Source of the DNA: Chlamydiales bacterium
GTDB lineage: Bacteria; Chlamydiota; Chlamydiia; Chlamydiales; CALTSX01
Length of the DNA stretch: 64,000 bases
Assembly (NCBI GenBank): GCA_051647685.1
Contig: JBOFEG010000041.1
Coordinates: 33,952-97,951 of the forward strand
Direction: 5' to 3'
Under the pieces are notes generated by a model. That model saw only the letters and a list, made by a program, of their open reading frames with translations. It made no database searches and was not told where the DNA came from. Position numbers and translations under genes: made by a program. Each line of letters opens with the position of its first letter. Position 1 is the stretch's first letter. Shown here piece by piece: positions 37,601 to 47,586 of the stretch.

Positions 37601-38707
37601 TCACACTAGACTCCGTATCCGATGTAAAAAATCCGTAAATTCCGATTCATTCTTCGTTATTTGTATGGTTGCACATACTACTCCTACAGGTAGGGCTAGC
37701 CTTAGGATCGATAATCGCGATGCATCTTTCTCTGTACAAAGAAGTCTCTTGGCTCCTCTAGCTTTACAAAAGATAGCAAACTCCTTCAATAGAGTAGTTT
37801 GCCATTCTTCATGATCAGCTATGCAAAATTCTCGTATAATTTGATAGCCAAATTTTTCCACAGTGTGGATAAAAGAACTCGGATTGCCAATCCCACAAAA
37901 AAGCCCCACTTTTTCCGAATGAGCTGCTATCTGTTCTCCGCTACAATAATCAACAACTTTCGATATATATACTTGTGTTCCAATGATGGGTGCAGATGTA
38001 TAGACTCTAAGCTGCTCAACTTGGCTCTCAAATGTAGACTCACTCGCTTGATGAATCACAATTAGATCAGCCAGTTTCAAATTTTTCGGATGTTCTCGTA
38101 AATATCCCCTAGGCAAAAATGCATTTCCCCCGAATAAATCATCTGATCGCATCGTAATAACGTGTATATCGCGCTGGATTTTGTGGTGCTGCATACCATC
38201 ATCGAGTATTAGACACGCAGCATTCCATTCCTTTGCAAGTAATGCTGCCCGCGTGCGGTCTTTTCCAACAAAAATCGCGGAAGTAGGAAATTGTTTTGCG
38301 ATCACAAGGGCTTCATCTCCACAATATTTTGCGGACATCGAAGGAATTACTCTTGTTGATTTTCGTTGTCTTCCCATGATGGAGCGGTACCCTCGAAGCG
38401 CTATAGCGCATCTAACATCGGGTAATTGAGAGAGTAAAAAACAAGTAAATAGCGTTTTTCCGGAGCCACCTGCTGTAATATTGCCAATACTAATTACCGG
38501 AATCGCGCTTTTATACACTGAAAAGATGCGATACTGATAACAGAGTTGTAGCAGGGTAATATAGATACGAAATAAATAGCTAAATCCGACCAATAACGCA
38601 GATGTTGCGAGTCCAAAACAACTCCTTGAAGGATTTTGTATAAAGGCAGTAACTATTTTTTCTAATTTAATAAATCCGCGAGTGCCATAAATATATTGTA
38701 GACTCAT
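37601..38707 (-). CDS. lpxK: Tetraacyldisaccharide 4'-kinase (lipid A biosynthesis)
   Basis: 368 aa. N-terminal membrane anchor, then the P-loop SIGNITAGGSGKT, and LDDGMQH. Confidence 0.85.
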   Translation of the reverse strand: MSLQYIYGTRGFIKLEKIVTAFIQNPSRSCFGLATSALLVGFSYLFRIYITLLQLCYQYRIFSVYKSAIPVISIGNITAGGSGKTLFTCFLLSQLPDVRCAIALRGYRSIMGRQRKSTRVIPSMSAKYCGDEALVIAKQFPTSAIFVGKDRTRAALLAKEWNAACLILDDGMQHHKIQRDIHVITMRSDDLFGGNAFLPRGYLREHPKNLKLADLIVIHQASESTFESQVEQLRVYTSAPIIGTQVYISKVVDYCSGEQIAAHSEKVGLFCGIGNPSSFIHTVEKFGYQIIREFCIADHEEWQTTLLKEFAIFCKARGAKRLLCTEKDASRLSILRLALPVGVVCATIQITKNESEFTDFLHRIRSLV

Positions 38708-39315
38708 AGAGTCTCATAAACTACTTCAGAACAGTTGATATTGGTAAATAATATTTGTTCTATTCCTTCTATAATAATATGTATTGCTGTCATATGCGCC
38801 TCTTGTATCCGAGCAGAACAGTTACTATCGATAAGTAACTCGATATCACACAATTTATGAATACGTCCGCCGCCTTTCCCCGTAAATGCAATAGTGCGTA
38901 ATTTCTGCATCTTAGCTGAATAAATAGCGCGTACTATATTTTCCGAATTCCCGCTAGTAGATAGTCCAATGAATATGTCGCCCTCTTTTCCATACGCCTG
39001 AATGCCTCTTGCAAACACTTCGCCAAAATCAGCATCATTGCTCACGCAAGTGAGATGCCCTGGATCAGATAGAGGAATGGCTGGAAGAGCTTTTCTTTTT
39101 TTGCGAAAGAAGCCAGTCAGTTCTTCACAAAAATGCATAGCATCGCAAAGACTCCCACCGTTGCCCGCAACAAGTATTTTATTTCCTTCTTGAAATGCTT
39201 TTGCAATCATTTCAGCTGCTTGGTATATAAAATGGACAGATTGTGTGCTTTGCAACATTTGTATTGTTTGCAAAGCTGAACATAAAGAGACGTTGATATA
39301 ATCAAATTGATGCAT
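38704..39315 (-). CDS. SIS-domain phosphoheptose isomerase-family protein (GmhA/DiaA-like)
   Basis: 203 aa. Contains GNGGSLCDAMHFCEELTG, LSTSGNSENIVRAI and RIQEAHMTAIHIIIEGIE, which match GmhA blocks. GmhA and DiaA cannot be distinguished by eye. Confidence 0.78.
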   Translation of the reverse strand: MHQFDYINVSLCSALQTIQMLQSTQSVHFIYQAAEMIAKAFQEGNKILVAGNGGSLCDAMHFCEELTGFFRKKRKALPAIPLSDPGHLTCVSNDADFGEVFARGIQAYGKEGDIFIGLSTSGNSENIVRAIYSAKMQKLRTIAFTGKGGGRIHKLCDIELLIDSNCSARIQEAHMTAIHIIIEGIEQILFTNINCSEVVYETL

Positions 39316-39389
39316 AAACTGTATCTATAAATTACAGGTCCCTAGCCACTTTATGGCATTTTAACTTTATTTTTCAAGAGACTTAAAAT

Positions 39390-40397
39390 ATGAATCGAAT
39401 TGCGATTATAGGTGCAAAGGGAGCGGTCGGACAAGAAATTCTCTCTTTACTACAAAAAAAGAAATTTCCAATTAGCAGTTTAACCCTTTTTGGTAGAAAA
39501 GAAGATTATCTATCTCACGGACAAGATGTATTCTCCATTGTACCTTTAGCTATCGAAAATATCGATTCCTATGATCTTGCTTTTTTTTGTGCAGGAGCGA
39601 CGGTATCACAAACCTTTGTCCCAGAATTTCGCAAAAAAACAGATCTGATTATTGATTTAAGTAGTCACTTTCGTATGGAAAGAGATGTACCCTTGATTGT
39701 CCCGGAAGTAAACATACAAGAAGCATATAATCATTCGGGTCTCATTGCTTCTCCCAATTGTATCGCTATAATAGCCTCTGTTGCTTTAAATCCTTTTCAT
39801 CGCCAATACGAATTAAAAAGGGCTGTAATTACTACTTACCAGGCCGCAAGTGGCGCTGGATATAAAGCGATGGAGGCGCTTATTCAAGAAACAAATGATT
39901 ATTTATTACATAAAAAAAGTGCATCTTCTTTTTTTCCTGTACCATACGCTTTTAATTTATTCTTACATAATTCACCGCTTGATTCCTTTGGATTCAACGC
40001 AGAGGAGCGAAAAGTACAAGAAGAAATTCAAAAGATTTTATCGATTCCGAATTGCTCTATATCGCCCACATGTGTACGAGTTCCCACCCTTCGCGCGCAT
40101 AGCATTTCGATCAATGCAGAGTTTATCAATGATATTCAATCAAATAACATAATGGATTTTATCGAGAATGCCCCAGGAATACGCTATTGCAAAGACATAA
40201 CTCCACAAACTGCAAATGGACAAGAAGATGTGTTCTGTGGAAGATTGCGAAGAGATCCATCGATCAACGGGATTGATATGTGGATTATTGGAGATCAATT
40301 GTTGAAAGGAGCTGCACTCAATGCGTATCAAATTGCTGAACACGTCACATCAAAATCTCGGCTAGGAGCTCAGCCCTGTTCTTTACAAAAAAACTAG
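39390..40397 (+). CDS. asd: Aspartate-semialdehyde dehydrogenase
   Basis: 335 aa. Rossmann motif IAIIGAKGAVGQE, active-site SPNCIAI, and ITTYQAASGAG. Confidence 0.9.
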   Translation: MNRIAIIGAKGAVGQEILSLLQKKKFPISSLTLFGRKEDYLSHGQDVFSIVPLAIENIDSYDLAFFCAGATVSQTFVPEFRKKTDLIIDLSSHFRMERDVPLIVPEVNIQEAYNHSGLIASPNCIAIIASVALNPFHRQYELKRAVITTYQAASGAGYKAMEALIQETNDYLLHKKSASSFFPVPYAFNLFLHNSPLDSFGFNAEERKVQEEIQKILSIPNCSISPTCVRVPTLRAHSISINAEFINDIQSNNIMDFIENAPGIRYCKDITPQTANGQEDVFCGRLRRDPSINGIDMWIIGDQLLKGAALNAYQIAEHVTSKSRLGAQPCSLQKN

Positions 40398-40400
40398 TTC

Positions 40401-41090
40401 CTAGCTATGCGTTGATGAAAGAGAATGTAACAAATTGTACTTCTGCTCTACTTCTACAAATTTAGGAGGCGAGGCTACGATTGTAGGTTGTTTAGTAATC
40501 GGATGAGTGTAGTGAAATTCAGTGTGATGCAAAGCAATTCCATTTGATAATAGAAAACTACTTCCATATTTAGAATCTCCCAAAATAGGGTGGCCATGCG
40601 AGGCAAATTGGCATCTGATTTGATGATATTTGCCCGTATACAAAATGATTTTTACAAGGCTACAAGAGTCTACTTCCTGTATTACTTGATAGGATAGATG
40701 TGCATTGGCTGGTTGTCCCGTTTTTATAACTTTAGCAATGTAGGATTCATGCGTTATAGAATCTCTATATTCCCCTCCTTGATTCATAAAGGGTTTTTCT
40801 ACCCAAGCGAGGTATATTTTTTTAGTTTGTCGCAAGCGAAACATCTCATGCAAACGAGAAAGTGCTTTACTAGTTCGAGCAAGGACTACAATCCCCGATG
40901 CCACTCTATCTAGTCTATGTGCTACCTGCAAAAACACTTTGGGCTTTTTTGTTTTTAATTGCAGGAATTTCTTCCCCCAATTCTCGATTGAATCGGCATT
41001 ACCTTTCGTTTCTTGGGTAAGTAAGCCGGCTGGTTTATTTGCGATTAAGAGATGATTATCTAAGTAAAGTACTTTAGGAGTTTCTGTCAT
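40401..41090 (-). CDS. RluA-family pseudouridine synthase
   Basis: 229 aa. Catalytic motif HRLDRVASGIVVLA, and the conserved YLAWV and HQIRCQFA blocks. There is no S4 domain. Confidence 0.85.
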   Translation of the reverse strand: MTETPKVLYLDNHLLIANKPAGLLTQETKGNADSIENWGKKFLQLKTKKPKVFLQVAHRLDRVASGIVVLARTSKALSRLHEMFRLRQTKKIYLAWVEKPFMNQGGEYRDSITHESYIAKVIKTGQPANAHLSYQVIQEVDSCSLVKIILYTGKYHQIRCQFASHGHPILGDSKYGSSFLLSNGIALHHTEFHYTHPITKQPTIVASPPKFVEVEQKYNLLHSLSSTHS

Positions 41091-41917
41091 AGGTTCCTTT
41101 GGCGCAGAGTTTCATATAGCAAGATTGTAGCTGCATTAGATACGTTGAGGGAATCTGCAGCTCCACGCATCGGAATTACGATAGATGCCGTCGCGCACTC
41201 TAGCCAAAATTTAGATAATCCAACTTGTTCTCTACCCATAGCAAAAGCCATTGCCGTTGTATAGTCTATTTCGTAATAGAGAATAGTTGCATCCGGAGAG
41301 GTTGCATAAACTGGAATTTTATGTTTTTGTAAAATCCTTAATGCTTCTTGTGATGTCATTACAAATATCGGTATAGAAAAAAAAGTACCTACACTAGCTC
41401 GAATGACATTGGGGTTATGAATATCGGTTGCTGGATCGCATACAAAAATAGCATCCGCACCGGAACCATCCGCAGATCTAATAATAGATCCTAAATTTCC
41501 CGGCTTCTCTAGTGTTTCTACGATAAGTAGAATAGGATTTATTTTCTGTTTAAGGAAAGTATCACAGTCATCCAATGTGCGGAATTGTTGCTGCCCAATA
41601 CCGAGCAGTCCATCGGGCCTATCTCGATAAGAAATTTTGGCAAATGCGGGCTTCGCTAACTCAATAAGCTTTATTCCCGATTCAGATGCGTTCTCTAGCA
41701 ATGTAGTCTCTGATGATCCAAGAAATAGTTCAGGACAGAAGTAGATTGTATTGATCTTTGCTTTTTGTTGCAAAGCTCGAAGTAATTCGCGATAGCCTTC
41801 GATGAGGTATAATTTTGTTTTGTCCCGTTCCCTTCGATTTCGAAGGCGCACGGCTTCTTTTACATGGGGATTTTGCAGACTTGTAATTACAGAGGACTCG
41901 ATCATAAAGGCTGCCAT
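41087..41917 (-). CDS. SpoU/TrmH-family RNA 2'-O-methyltransferase
   Basis: 276 aa. SPOUT motifs are present (PGNLGSIIRSADGSGAD; FAMGREQVGLS; IPMRGAADSLNVSNAATILLYE). Confidence 0.85.
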   Translation of the reverse strand: MAAFMIESSVITSLQNPHVKEAVRLRNRRERDKTKLYLIEGYRELLRALQQKAKINTIYFCPELFLGSSETTLLENASESGIKLIELAKPAFAKISYRDRPDGLLGIGQQQFRTLDDCDTFLKQKINPILLIVETLEKPGNLGSIIRSADGSGADAIFVCDPATDIHNPNVIRASVGTFFSIPIFVMTSQEALRILQKHKIPVYATSPDATILYYEIDYTTAMAFAMGREQVGLSKFWLECATASIVIPMRGAADSLNVSNAATILLYETLRQRNL

Positions 41918-42741
41918 ATAGCGTAACTGCCAGCTGGTACTTTATAGCCATTTGTTGGCTTTAGTGTCATCTCTCCAGATTCAACGTGAGCGCTAGACAT
42001 AGGTAAATTTTGAAAAACAATATTTTTAAGAGTAAGAGGGGTCAGCCCTGGCGTATGACAAGTAAGTAGTAGGAAAAGAGGATTGGAGGTTAGAAGCTTT
42101 TTACAGAGGAGAAAAATATTAATAATATCTCTTTCAATTTTAAATACCTCTCCTCGACTGCCTCTCCCAAAAGAAGGTGGATCTAAAATAATGGCGTCGT
42201 AGAATTGCTCTCGCCTAATTTCTCTCGTCAAAAATTTATGTACGTCATCAACAATCCAGCGAATGGGAGCCTGTTGTAAATGGTTAAGTGCTGCATTTTC
42301 TCGTGCATAAGTAACCATTCCTTTTGATGCATCTACATGGCAAACAGAGGCTCCCGCTTTTGCAGCAGCAATAGTAGCTCCTCCAGAATATGCAAATAAA
42401 TTGAGAACGCGAATAGGTCTTTTAGCGGTACTTATTTTTTCTTGAATCCAAGGCCAAAAATGACTGTGTTCCGGGAATACTCCCATATGGCCAAAATCGG
42501 TGGGAGAAATCTGAAAAGAAATATCTTTCAAAATAATTTCCCAACTCTTGGGTAAATCACGGAAGGTTTCCCAACGATTTTCAGGATGGCGAAAGAATAT
42601 GGCATCATTTCGCCTCCACTCTTCTTTAGAGAGGGTGGGGTTCCATACGGCTCCGATAGCGGGTCTTGAAAAAATATAAGGACCAAAGCGCTCCAGTTTT
42701 CTCTCGAGGCCACTGTCTAATAATTCATATTCAGTTTTCAT
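41902..42741 (-). CDS. Class I SAM-dependent methyltransferase (RlmI/RlmK-like rRNA m5C/m2G methyltransferase family)
   Basis: 279 aa. SAM-binding block VLNLFAYSGGATIAAAKAGA, and DAIILDPPSFGRG. Confidence 0.78.
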   Translation of the reverse strand: MKTEYELLDSGLERKLERFGPYIFSRPAIGAVWNPTLSKEEWRRNDAIFFRHPENRWETFRDLPKSWEIILKDISFQISPTDFGHMGVFPEHSHFWPWIQEKISTAKRPIRVLNLFAYSGGATIAAAKAGASVCHVDASKGMVTYARENAALNHLQQAPIRWIVDDVHKFLTREIRREQFYDAIILDPPSFGRGSRGEVFKIERDIINIFLLCKKLLTSNPLFLLLTCHTPGLTPLTLKNIVFQNLPMSSAHVESGEMTLKPTNGYKVPAGSYAIWQPL

Positions 42742-42811
42742 AAATGTATAGAATCATATTGTAATAATTGGTGTATAAGAATACTACAAAATGCGGTAGA
42801 TGTATATTCAA

Positions 42812-43525
42812 TTAAATAGTTTGTTTTTGACAAATTCTGGATGTATTAATTTCGCTAATCCAGATTTTATCTCGATCAACATGGTCTTGGATCCATGTTG
42901 CTGCTTTTTTTCCTAGACGAATCGGAAGGTGTATAATTTTTTCTTGATAGTGAACAGGGAGCGGTAGAGTATGAGTGCGGATCCAATTGCGAATACAACT
43001 AAATACTTTCCATCCATTAAAGGATGTGCGAGTAGCCTGAATTACTTCCATAGTATATGCATTTTGAAAAATAGCGGGATAAGAGAGTTGAATCCCCCAA
43101 GAAATAGTTTCCTTGCTAAATACCTGTGGCAGAATTTTTCCATTAGAGTCTAGCAAAAATTCATGGGTTTGCATATGAACCTCTGGTTGTAATGGACTAC
43201 ATATATATTGCTTTTGCCCTACTGCGATAGCCCGAAAGTTTTCTATTTGTTGTGATAGTGCATAAGTCAGGGATATTTTTTGTTTTGGGATTTTTCCACG
43301 CAACATGTCAATATATTTTTGATACCTATTCATAAATGTATCAATGGTAAGAGAGGTTTTGTCAAAGGGAACCACTTTTGATATATTGAGAATAGCTAGG
43401 GGTGATAAATATCGTAACAAATTTTCCATTTCTATTGGATCTAGTAACACCTGGATTTTTTGCCATTTAGAAAAAAGGGGCCTTTTAAAATCACTAGACT
43501 CGATAATTTGTAATGGCTTGCTCAT
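42812..43525 (-). CDS. Hypothetical protein
   Basis: 237-aa ORF, tightly packed, with a 4-nt overlap with lspA. I recognise no motif. Confidence 0.5.
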   Translation of the reverse strand: MSKPLQIIESSDFKRPLFSKWQKIQVLLDPIEMENLLRYLSPLAILNISKVVPFDKTSLTIDTFMNRYQKYIDMLRGKIPKQKISLTYALSQQIENFRAIAVGQKQYICSPLQPEVHMQTHEFLLDSNGKILPQVFSKETISWGIQLSYPAIFQNAYTMEVIQATRTSFNGWKVFSCIRNWIRTHTLPLPVHYQEKIIHLPIRLGKKAATWIQDHVDRDKIWISEINTSRICQKQTI

Positions 43526-44037
43526 GTGCTTGTCGCTGTTTTTTTACCCGTCAGATAAATAATAAAAATTCCTAAACAACCACAACAAATAGACAGATCA
43601 GCAATATTAAATACCGGAAGAGAGAATCCCCAAAAAGAAAAATGAATCATATCGATAACATGTCCATAGATAAAATAATCTAAGATATTTCCAAGAGCAC
43701 CAGAAAAAATAGTAATAAGAAACAGTTTTCTCCAAAAATCGTAAGAGGTTTGGAGAATGTAATAAAACAATAAAGAAACCACAAGAATACGGGAGATGAC
43801 AAGGGCCCGTGGGAATGTGGAGAAAACCCCCCAAGCTCCCCCGGGATTAATAACATGAGTTAACGTGCAATCAATTCCACCAAGCAAATTATGAAAAATT
43901 CCTATTCCTCCATAGGGATATTCGCTGTTATATCCAACGGCATGATAAGGAAGATAGAGATAGATGGCCAATTTGGAGAGACTATCACAAAGTAGGATAA
44001 ACATTCCAATGAGGTACAATCGCACAGGTTTGTACAC
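43522..44037 (-). CDS. lspA: Lipoprotein signal peptidase (signal peptidase II)
   Basis: 171 aa with 4 TM helices. Conserved blocks: NPGGAWG, GALGNILDYF and FNIADLSI. Confidence 0.87.
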   Translation of the reverse strand: MYKPVRLYLIGMFILLCDSLSKLAIYLYLPYHAVGYNSEYPYGGIGIFHNLLGGIDCTLTHVINPGGAWGVFSTFPRALVISRILVVSLLFYYILQTSYDFWRKLFLITIFSGALGNILDYFIYGHVIDMIHFSFWGFSLPVFNIADLSICCGCLGIFIIYLTGKKTATST

Positions 44038-44403
44038 TTAAATAAGTCCTTTTTCTGATTTTTCTTGAGCAAGTACAGTCATAGTGGCATACGGCATAGC
44101 GTCCAATCTTTTTCGAGAGATAGTCTCCCCTGTCATATCACACACTCCATATGTCCCCTCATCGATTTTTTCTAAAGCTCTTGCGACTTGTCTTAAAATA
44201 TCCATTTCGTTGGATGTGATGCGAATGCTCATGGTTTTCCCAAAATCATCAGATCCCTCATCTGCTTGATGTTGAGAATAGCCTTGAGGCTCTTCCGATT
44301 TGACTTCTTCGGATGCTTCTTTGACTAATCTAGAGAGGTGGTCTTTAAGTTCAATCAATATTTTTTTAAATTTATGAATTTCTTGTGGAGTTAATGGCTG
44401 CAT
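44038..44403 (-). CDS. dksA: DksA/TraR-family RNA polymerase-binding regulator (cysteine-poor variant)
   Basis: 121 aa. It has a coiled-coil with an acidic tip (HQADEGSDDFGKT) and C-terminal ALEKIDEGTYGVCDMTGETISRKRLDAMPYATMTV. This aligns with the DksA zinc-finger region but keeps only one of the four cysteines. Confidence 0.82.
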   Translation of the reverse strand: MQPLTPQEIHKFKKILIELKDHLSRLVKEASEEVKSEEPQGYSQHQADEGSDDFGKTMSIRITSNEMDILRQVARALEKIDEGTYGVCDMTGETISRKRLDAMPYATMTVLAQEKSEKGLI

Positions 44404-44409
44404 ATTGGA

Positions 44410-44877
44410 TTAATTCCTATTCAACATGGTTTCTGGATGTATTTGCTCTATTTCGCTGATTAATTCGTCTATTTCTTGCATTCTCTTATAGACACAGGTA
44501 AATCGAATATAAACCATTTTATCGAGAACCCGGAGTTTTCGCAAAACGATTTCGCCAAGTGTCATGGTATCAATCATTTCTATGTTGTTTCGGAGGAGAT
44601 CTATTTGGATTTCACGAGCTAGTTGATCGATTTGCTCTTTATCTATTTTAGAATATAGACAAGCTTTGCTGATTCCGGATGTGATTTTATCTATCTGAAA
44701 TTCTTCATATCGGCCGTCTCTTTTCCGAACTTGTATGTCCAGGGCAATAGCCTCAAATGTGGTAAATCTCTTTTCACACTGAAGACATGCTCGACGTCTT
44801 CTAACAGAACTTAAGCCATCGGAGTATCGAGAATCAGTGACTTTAGTTTCTTGTGTTTCACAAAAAGGGCATTTCAT
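44410..44877 (-). CDS. nrdR: Transcriptional repressor NrdR
   Basis: MKCPFCETQETKVTDSRYS...RRRRACLQCEKRFTTFE is the zinc ribbon, followed by an ATP-cone. Start trimmed to the ATG at 44877, because the longer track ORF runs through tRNA-Ser. Confidence 0.9.
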   Translation of the reverse strand: MKCPFCETQETKVTDSRYSDGLSSVRRRRACLQCEKRFTTFEAIALDIQVRKRDGRYEEFQIDKITSGISKACLYSKIDKEQIDQLAREIQIDLLRNNIEMIDTMTLGEIVLRKLRVLDKMVYIRFTCVYKRMQEIDELISEIEQIHPETMLNRN

Positions 44878-44901
44878 GTAAGTACCTTTGCTATTTATAA
44901 T

Positions 44902-44989
44902 CGGAGGAGGTGGGATTCGAACCCACGATAAGATTTCTCCTATACACGCTTTCCAAGCGAGCTCCTTCAGCCACTCAGACACTCCTCCC
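44902..44989 (-). tRNA. tRNA-Ser (anticodon GGA)
   Basis: Reverse complement GGAGGAGTGTCTGAGTGGCTGAAGGAGCTCGCTTGGAAAGCGTGTATAGGAGAAATCTTATCGTGGGTTCGAATCCCACCTCCTCCG. It has a 7-bp acceptor stem, the anticodon loop TTGGAAA, a long variable arm and a GTTCGAATC T-loop. CCA is not encoded. Confidence 0.85.
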
Positions 44990-45039
44990 TATATATTTAG
45001 ATAAATCGATGCTATTTTACAATAGCCTTAAAGAGATAA

Positions 45040-45987
45040 ATGGATATAATTTTTAATAAAAGTACATTTAATATGAAGAGAAAAAAACTATTTGTTCTAT
45101 TAATCGGATTTTTTTTTCTCGTTGTATTACAAACTCGCATGGGTTGTCTGGCAAAAGAGCTTTTTCCTCGCGAGCGAAATCTAGTTGTTGTTAGTATTGT
45201 TCCCTACCAAATTTTTGTTGAGAAGATATCAGGGAATACTATTGCGGTGCACAGCTTGGTTCCACCGGGAATGGATGTGCATACTTTTGAACCCACTATG
45301 AGATCAGTAAGTTTTCTGTTTACTGCTCGAGGATGGATTGGGGTTGGGGAGCCTTTTGAAAAGAAAATTACTGATACACTACATCATACTTCTAAGGCCA
45401 TTACGCTTAACATAAGCGACCATCTCTCTTTGCTCCAATACCCCAATACGCTTCATTTCCATCCATCGGATCCGACTTCACATTCTTGCACTGGAAAAGA
45501 TCTCCATGTTTGGCTAAGCCCAAAGTTGGTCGCTGCACAAATCCCGTTGATTACCGATTCCTTAGTGTCTATGTTTCCAGAGAATCGAGAATGTTATTCA
45601 TCTAATGCCAAGAATTTGTTGAAAGAGATAGACGAACTGAATATTTATTTAGAAAAAACTCTATCTCCCATTGCTGGCAGTACTTTTCTAATCTCTCATC
45701 CAGCTCTTGGATATTTTTGTAAGGATTATCATCTATTTCAATTGTCTGTAGAAACAGACGGCAAAGAGCCCTTGCCAAAGGATTTAAGTCGGATTCTAAC
45801 TCTTGCTCGAGAAAAAAATGTTAAACTAATGGTTGTACAGAAAAATTATCCGGATAAGGGAGCTAAAATTATTGCAAAGCAGCTCCAAATTCCGATCTAT
45901 TACTTCGATCCATACCAAAGTAATTATATCGAGAATTTACAAGAACTTGCTACAGTATTGCGTAAAACATATCTGCCCTCTCAATGA
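45040..45987 (+). CDS. Metal (Zn/Mn/Fe) ABC transporter substrate-binding protein (TroA/ZnuA cluster A-I)
   Basis: 315 aa with a hydrophobic leader. Metal-ligand contexts are visible (PPGMDVHTFEPT; DLHVWLSP). It is followed by the cognate ATPase and permease genes. An alternative start is the ATG at 45073 (MKRKKLF...). Confidence 0.8.
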   Translation: MDIIFNKSTFNMKRKKLFVLLIGFFFLVVLQTRMGCLAKELFPRERNLVVVSIVPYQIFVEKISGNTIAVHSLVPPGMDVHTFEPTMRSVSFLFTARGWIGVGEPFEKKITDTLHHTSKAITLNISDHLSLLQYPNTLHFHPSDPTSHSCTGKDLHVWLSPKLVAAQIPLITDSLVSMFPENRECYSSNAKNLLKEIDELNIYLEKTLSPIAGSTFLISHPALGYFCKDYHLFQLSVETDGKEPLPKDLSRILTLAREKNVKLMVVQKNYPDKGAKIIAKQLQIPIYYFDPYQSNYIENLQELATVLRKTYLPSQ

Positions 45988-46706
45988 ATCAACCTGTAAT
46001 TATTTTTGATGAAGTTTCTTTCGGTTATGAACGCAGGTCTATTCTAACGGATATTACTGTTCAAATTTATGCAGGAGAATATATCGGTGTTTTTGGTCCG
46101 AATGGGGGTGGAAAGACAACTTTTCTGCATCTCCTGCTCGGACTTTTGCAACCAATACAAGGAAAGATTGCTATAGTTCCAAGCTCTCTGCGGAAACGTA
46201 TTGGATTTGTCCCTCAGCGTTTTCCCTTTGATACAAAATTTCCAATTAGTGTTCTCGAAGTTGTTTTGATGGGCGCTTTATCTAAAATTACTTGGATGGG
46301 ACAACCGAGAAAACGAGATCAAATTCGAGCTAAAGAGCTTTTGGAACTTTTAGGTCTTTTGCCCCTGCAACACAGGCCTTTTGGTTCTCTTTCAGGAGGA
46401 CAAGTTCAGAGAGTTTTAATCGCTAGAGCATTGCTAGGCAACCCAAAGATTTTATTGTTAGATGAGCCTACTGCTAATGTAGATTTGCCGTCAGGAGATA
46501 CTATTAAAAATTTACTGACTAGCTTGAAGGATGATTTAACTATTGTTCATGTGACTCATAATTTAGATGATATTATGAATGGCGCTCAAAGATTTTTTTG
46601 TATCAACAAGACTCTTACGTCATACAATCCAGACAATATTTGCAGTCATTTTATGCAAGGGCTATACCATAAGTCCTATTTGCCCAATCCACCCACTATA
46701 CTATAA
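45984..46706 (+). CDS. Metal ABC transporter ATP-binding protein
   Basis: Walker A GPNGGGKTT, ABC signature LSGGQVQR, and Walker B ILLLDEP. The ATGA start/stop overlaps the upstream gene. Confidence 0.9.
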   Translation: MNQPVIIFDEVSFGYERRSILTDITVQIYAGEYIGVFGPNGGGKTTFLHLLLGLLQPIQGKIAIVPSSLRKRIGFVPQRFPFDTKFPISVLEVVLMGALSKITWMGQPRKRDQIRAKELLELLGLLPLQHRPFGSLSGGQVQRVLIARALLGNPKILLLDEPTANVDLPSGDTIKNLLTSLKDDLTIVHVTHNLDDIMNGAQRFFCINKTLTSYNPDNICSHFMQGLYHKSYLPNPPTIL

Positions 46707-46710
46707 TTGC

Positions 46711-47538
46711 ATGAAAAATTTTCTCTTAGAACTGACTTCGAGTCCTTTTCTCACAATGGCTTTTTTATCTGCTTGTTTAGCATCTGTTGCCGCCGGTATT
46801 GTGGGATCTTATATTGTTATTAAGCGAATTGTTTTTATTAGCGGAGGTATTTCTCATTCGGTACTTGGGGGTCTCGGGCTTTTTTTTTATTTGCAGAGAA
46901 CTCTACAGCTTGCTTGGCTAAAACCTTTATATGGCGCCTTGGTCTTTGCGATTATTTCAGCCTTTTTAATCGGTATCATTCATTTGCGCTACAAGGGACG
47001 GGAGGATATTATCATCGCAGCTATGTGGGCCTTTGGAATGTCACTTGGTGTACTTTTTACCTCTTTGACTCCAGGATATAATGTAGAACTAATCTCTTTT
47101 TTGTTTGGCAATATTTTATGGACAACTCCCAGCGATTTGATCTTACTAGGAGTTCTGGATGTAGCTTTGCTGATAGCTACTTTATTTCTACATCCCTATT
47201 TTTTTGCTATTTGTTTTGATGAACGTCAGGCGAGACTTCAAACTAAATATGTAGATATTATTTATTTTATACTACTCGCGTTTACAGCAATAACGATTGT
47301 TTTATTGATTCAAATCATAGGAGCTATTTTAATTATTTCTATGTTATGCCTCCCATCGGCTATAGCCAATCTGATTACTAAAAAATTTATTCTCCTCGTA
47401 CCTATAGCTATTGGAATTAGTATTTTATTTTCTTTTGTAGGACTTTACTTCTCTTTCACTTTTAATTGGCCAACAGGAGCGACTATTGGACTGCTCTCAA
47501 CCACAGTATATTTAATGTGTTCCTTAAAATTAAAATAA
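46711..47538 (+). CDS. Metal ABC transporter permease (ABC-3 family)
   Basis: 275 aa with ~8 TM helices. Start moved to the ATG at 46711, just after the ATPase stop. The track ORF start at 46579 lies inside the ATPase gene. Confidence 0.85.
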   Translation: MKNFLLELTSSPFLTMAFLSACLASVAAGIVGSYIVIKRIVFISGGISHSVLGGLGLFFYLQRTLQLAWLKPLYGALVFAIISAFLIGIIHLRYKGREDIIIAAMWAFGMSLGVLFTSLTPGYNVELISFLFGNILWTTPSDLILLGVLDVALLIATLFLHPYFFAICFDERQARLQTKYVDIIYFILLAFTAITIVLLIQIIGAILIISMLCLPSAIANLITKKFILLVPIAIGISILFSFVGLYFSFTFNWPTGATIGLLSTTVYLMCSLKLK

Positions 47539-47586
47539 TTTTTATTTTATTTTTTCGACTCTTTATGGAAAAGCATAGCTCTAGAG

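Noticed and set aside
44878-44982. N-terminal 35-aa extension of the NrdR ORF (MSEWLKELAWKAC...).
   Set aside because: The extension is the antisense-free read-through of tRNA-Ser(GGA) on the same strand. NrdR family proteins begin at the MKCPFC zinc ribbon.
46579-46710. Upstream extensions of track ORFs: the permease (46579-46710), obg (48114-48254), rplU (47627-47662) and htpG (14522-14560).
   Set aside because: The extensions overlap the preceding gene or a promoter-like element and lack family-conserved sequence. Internal ATG codons match the canonical N-termini.
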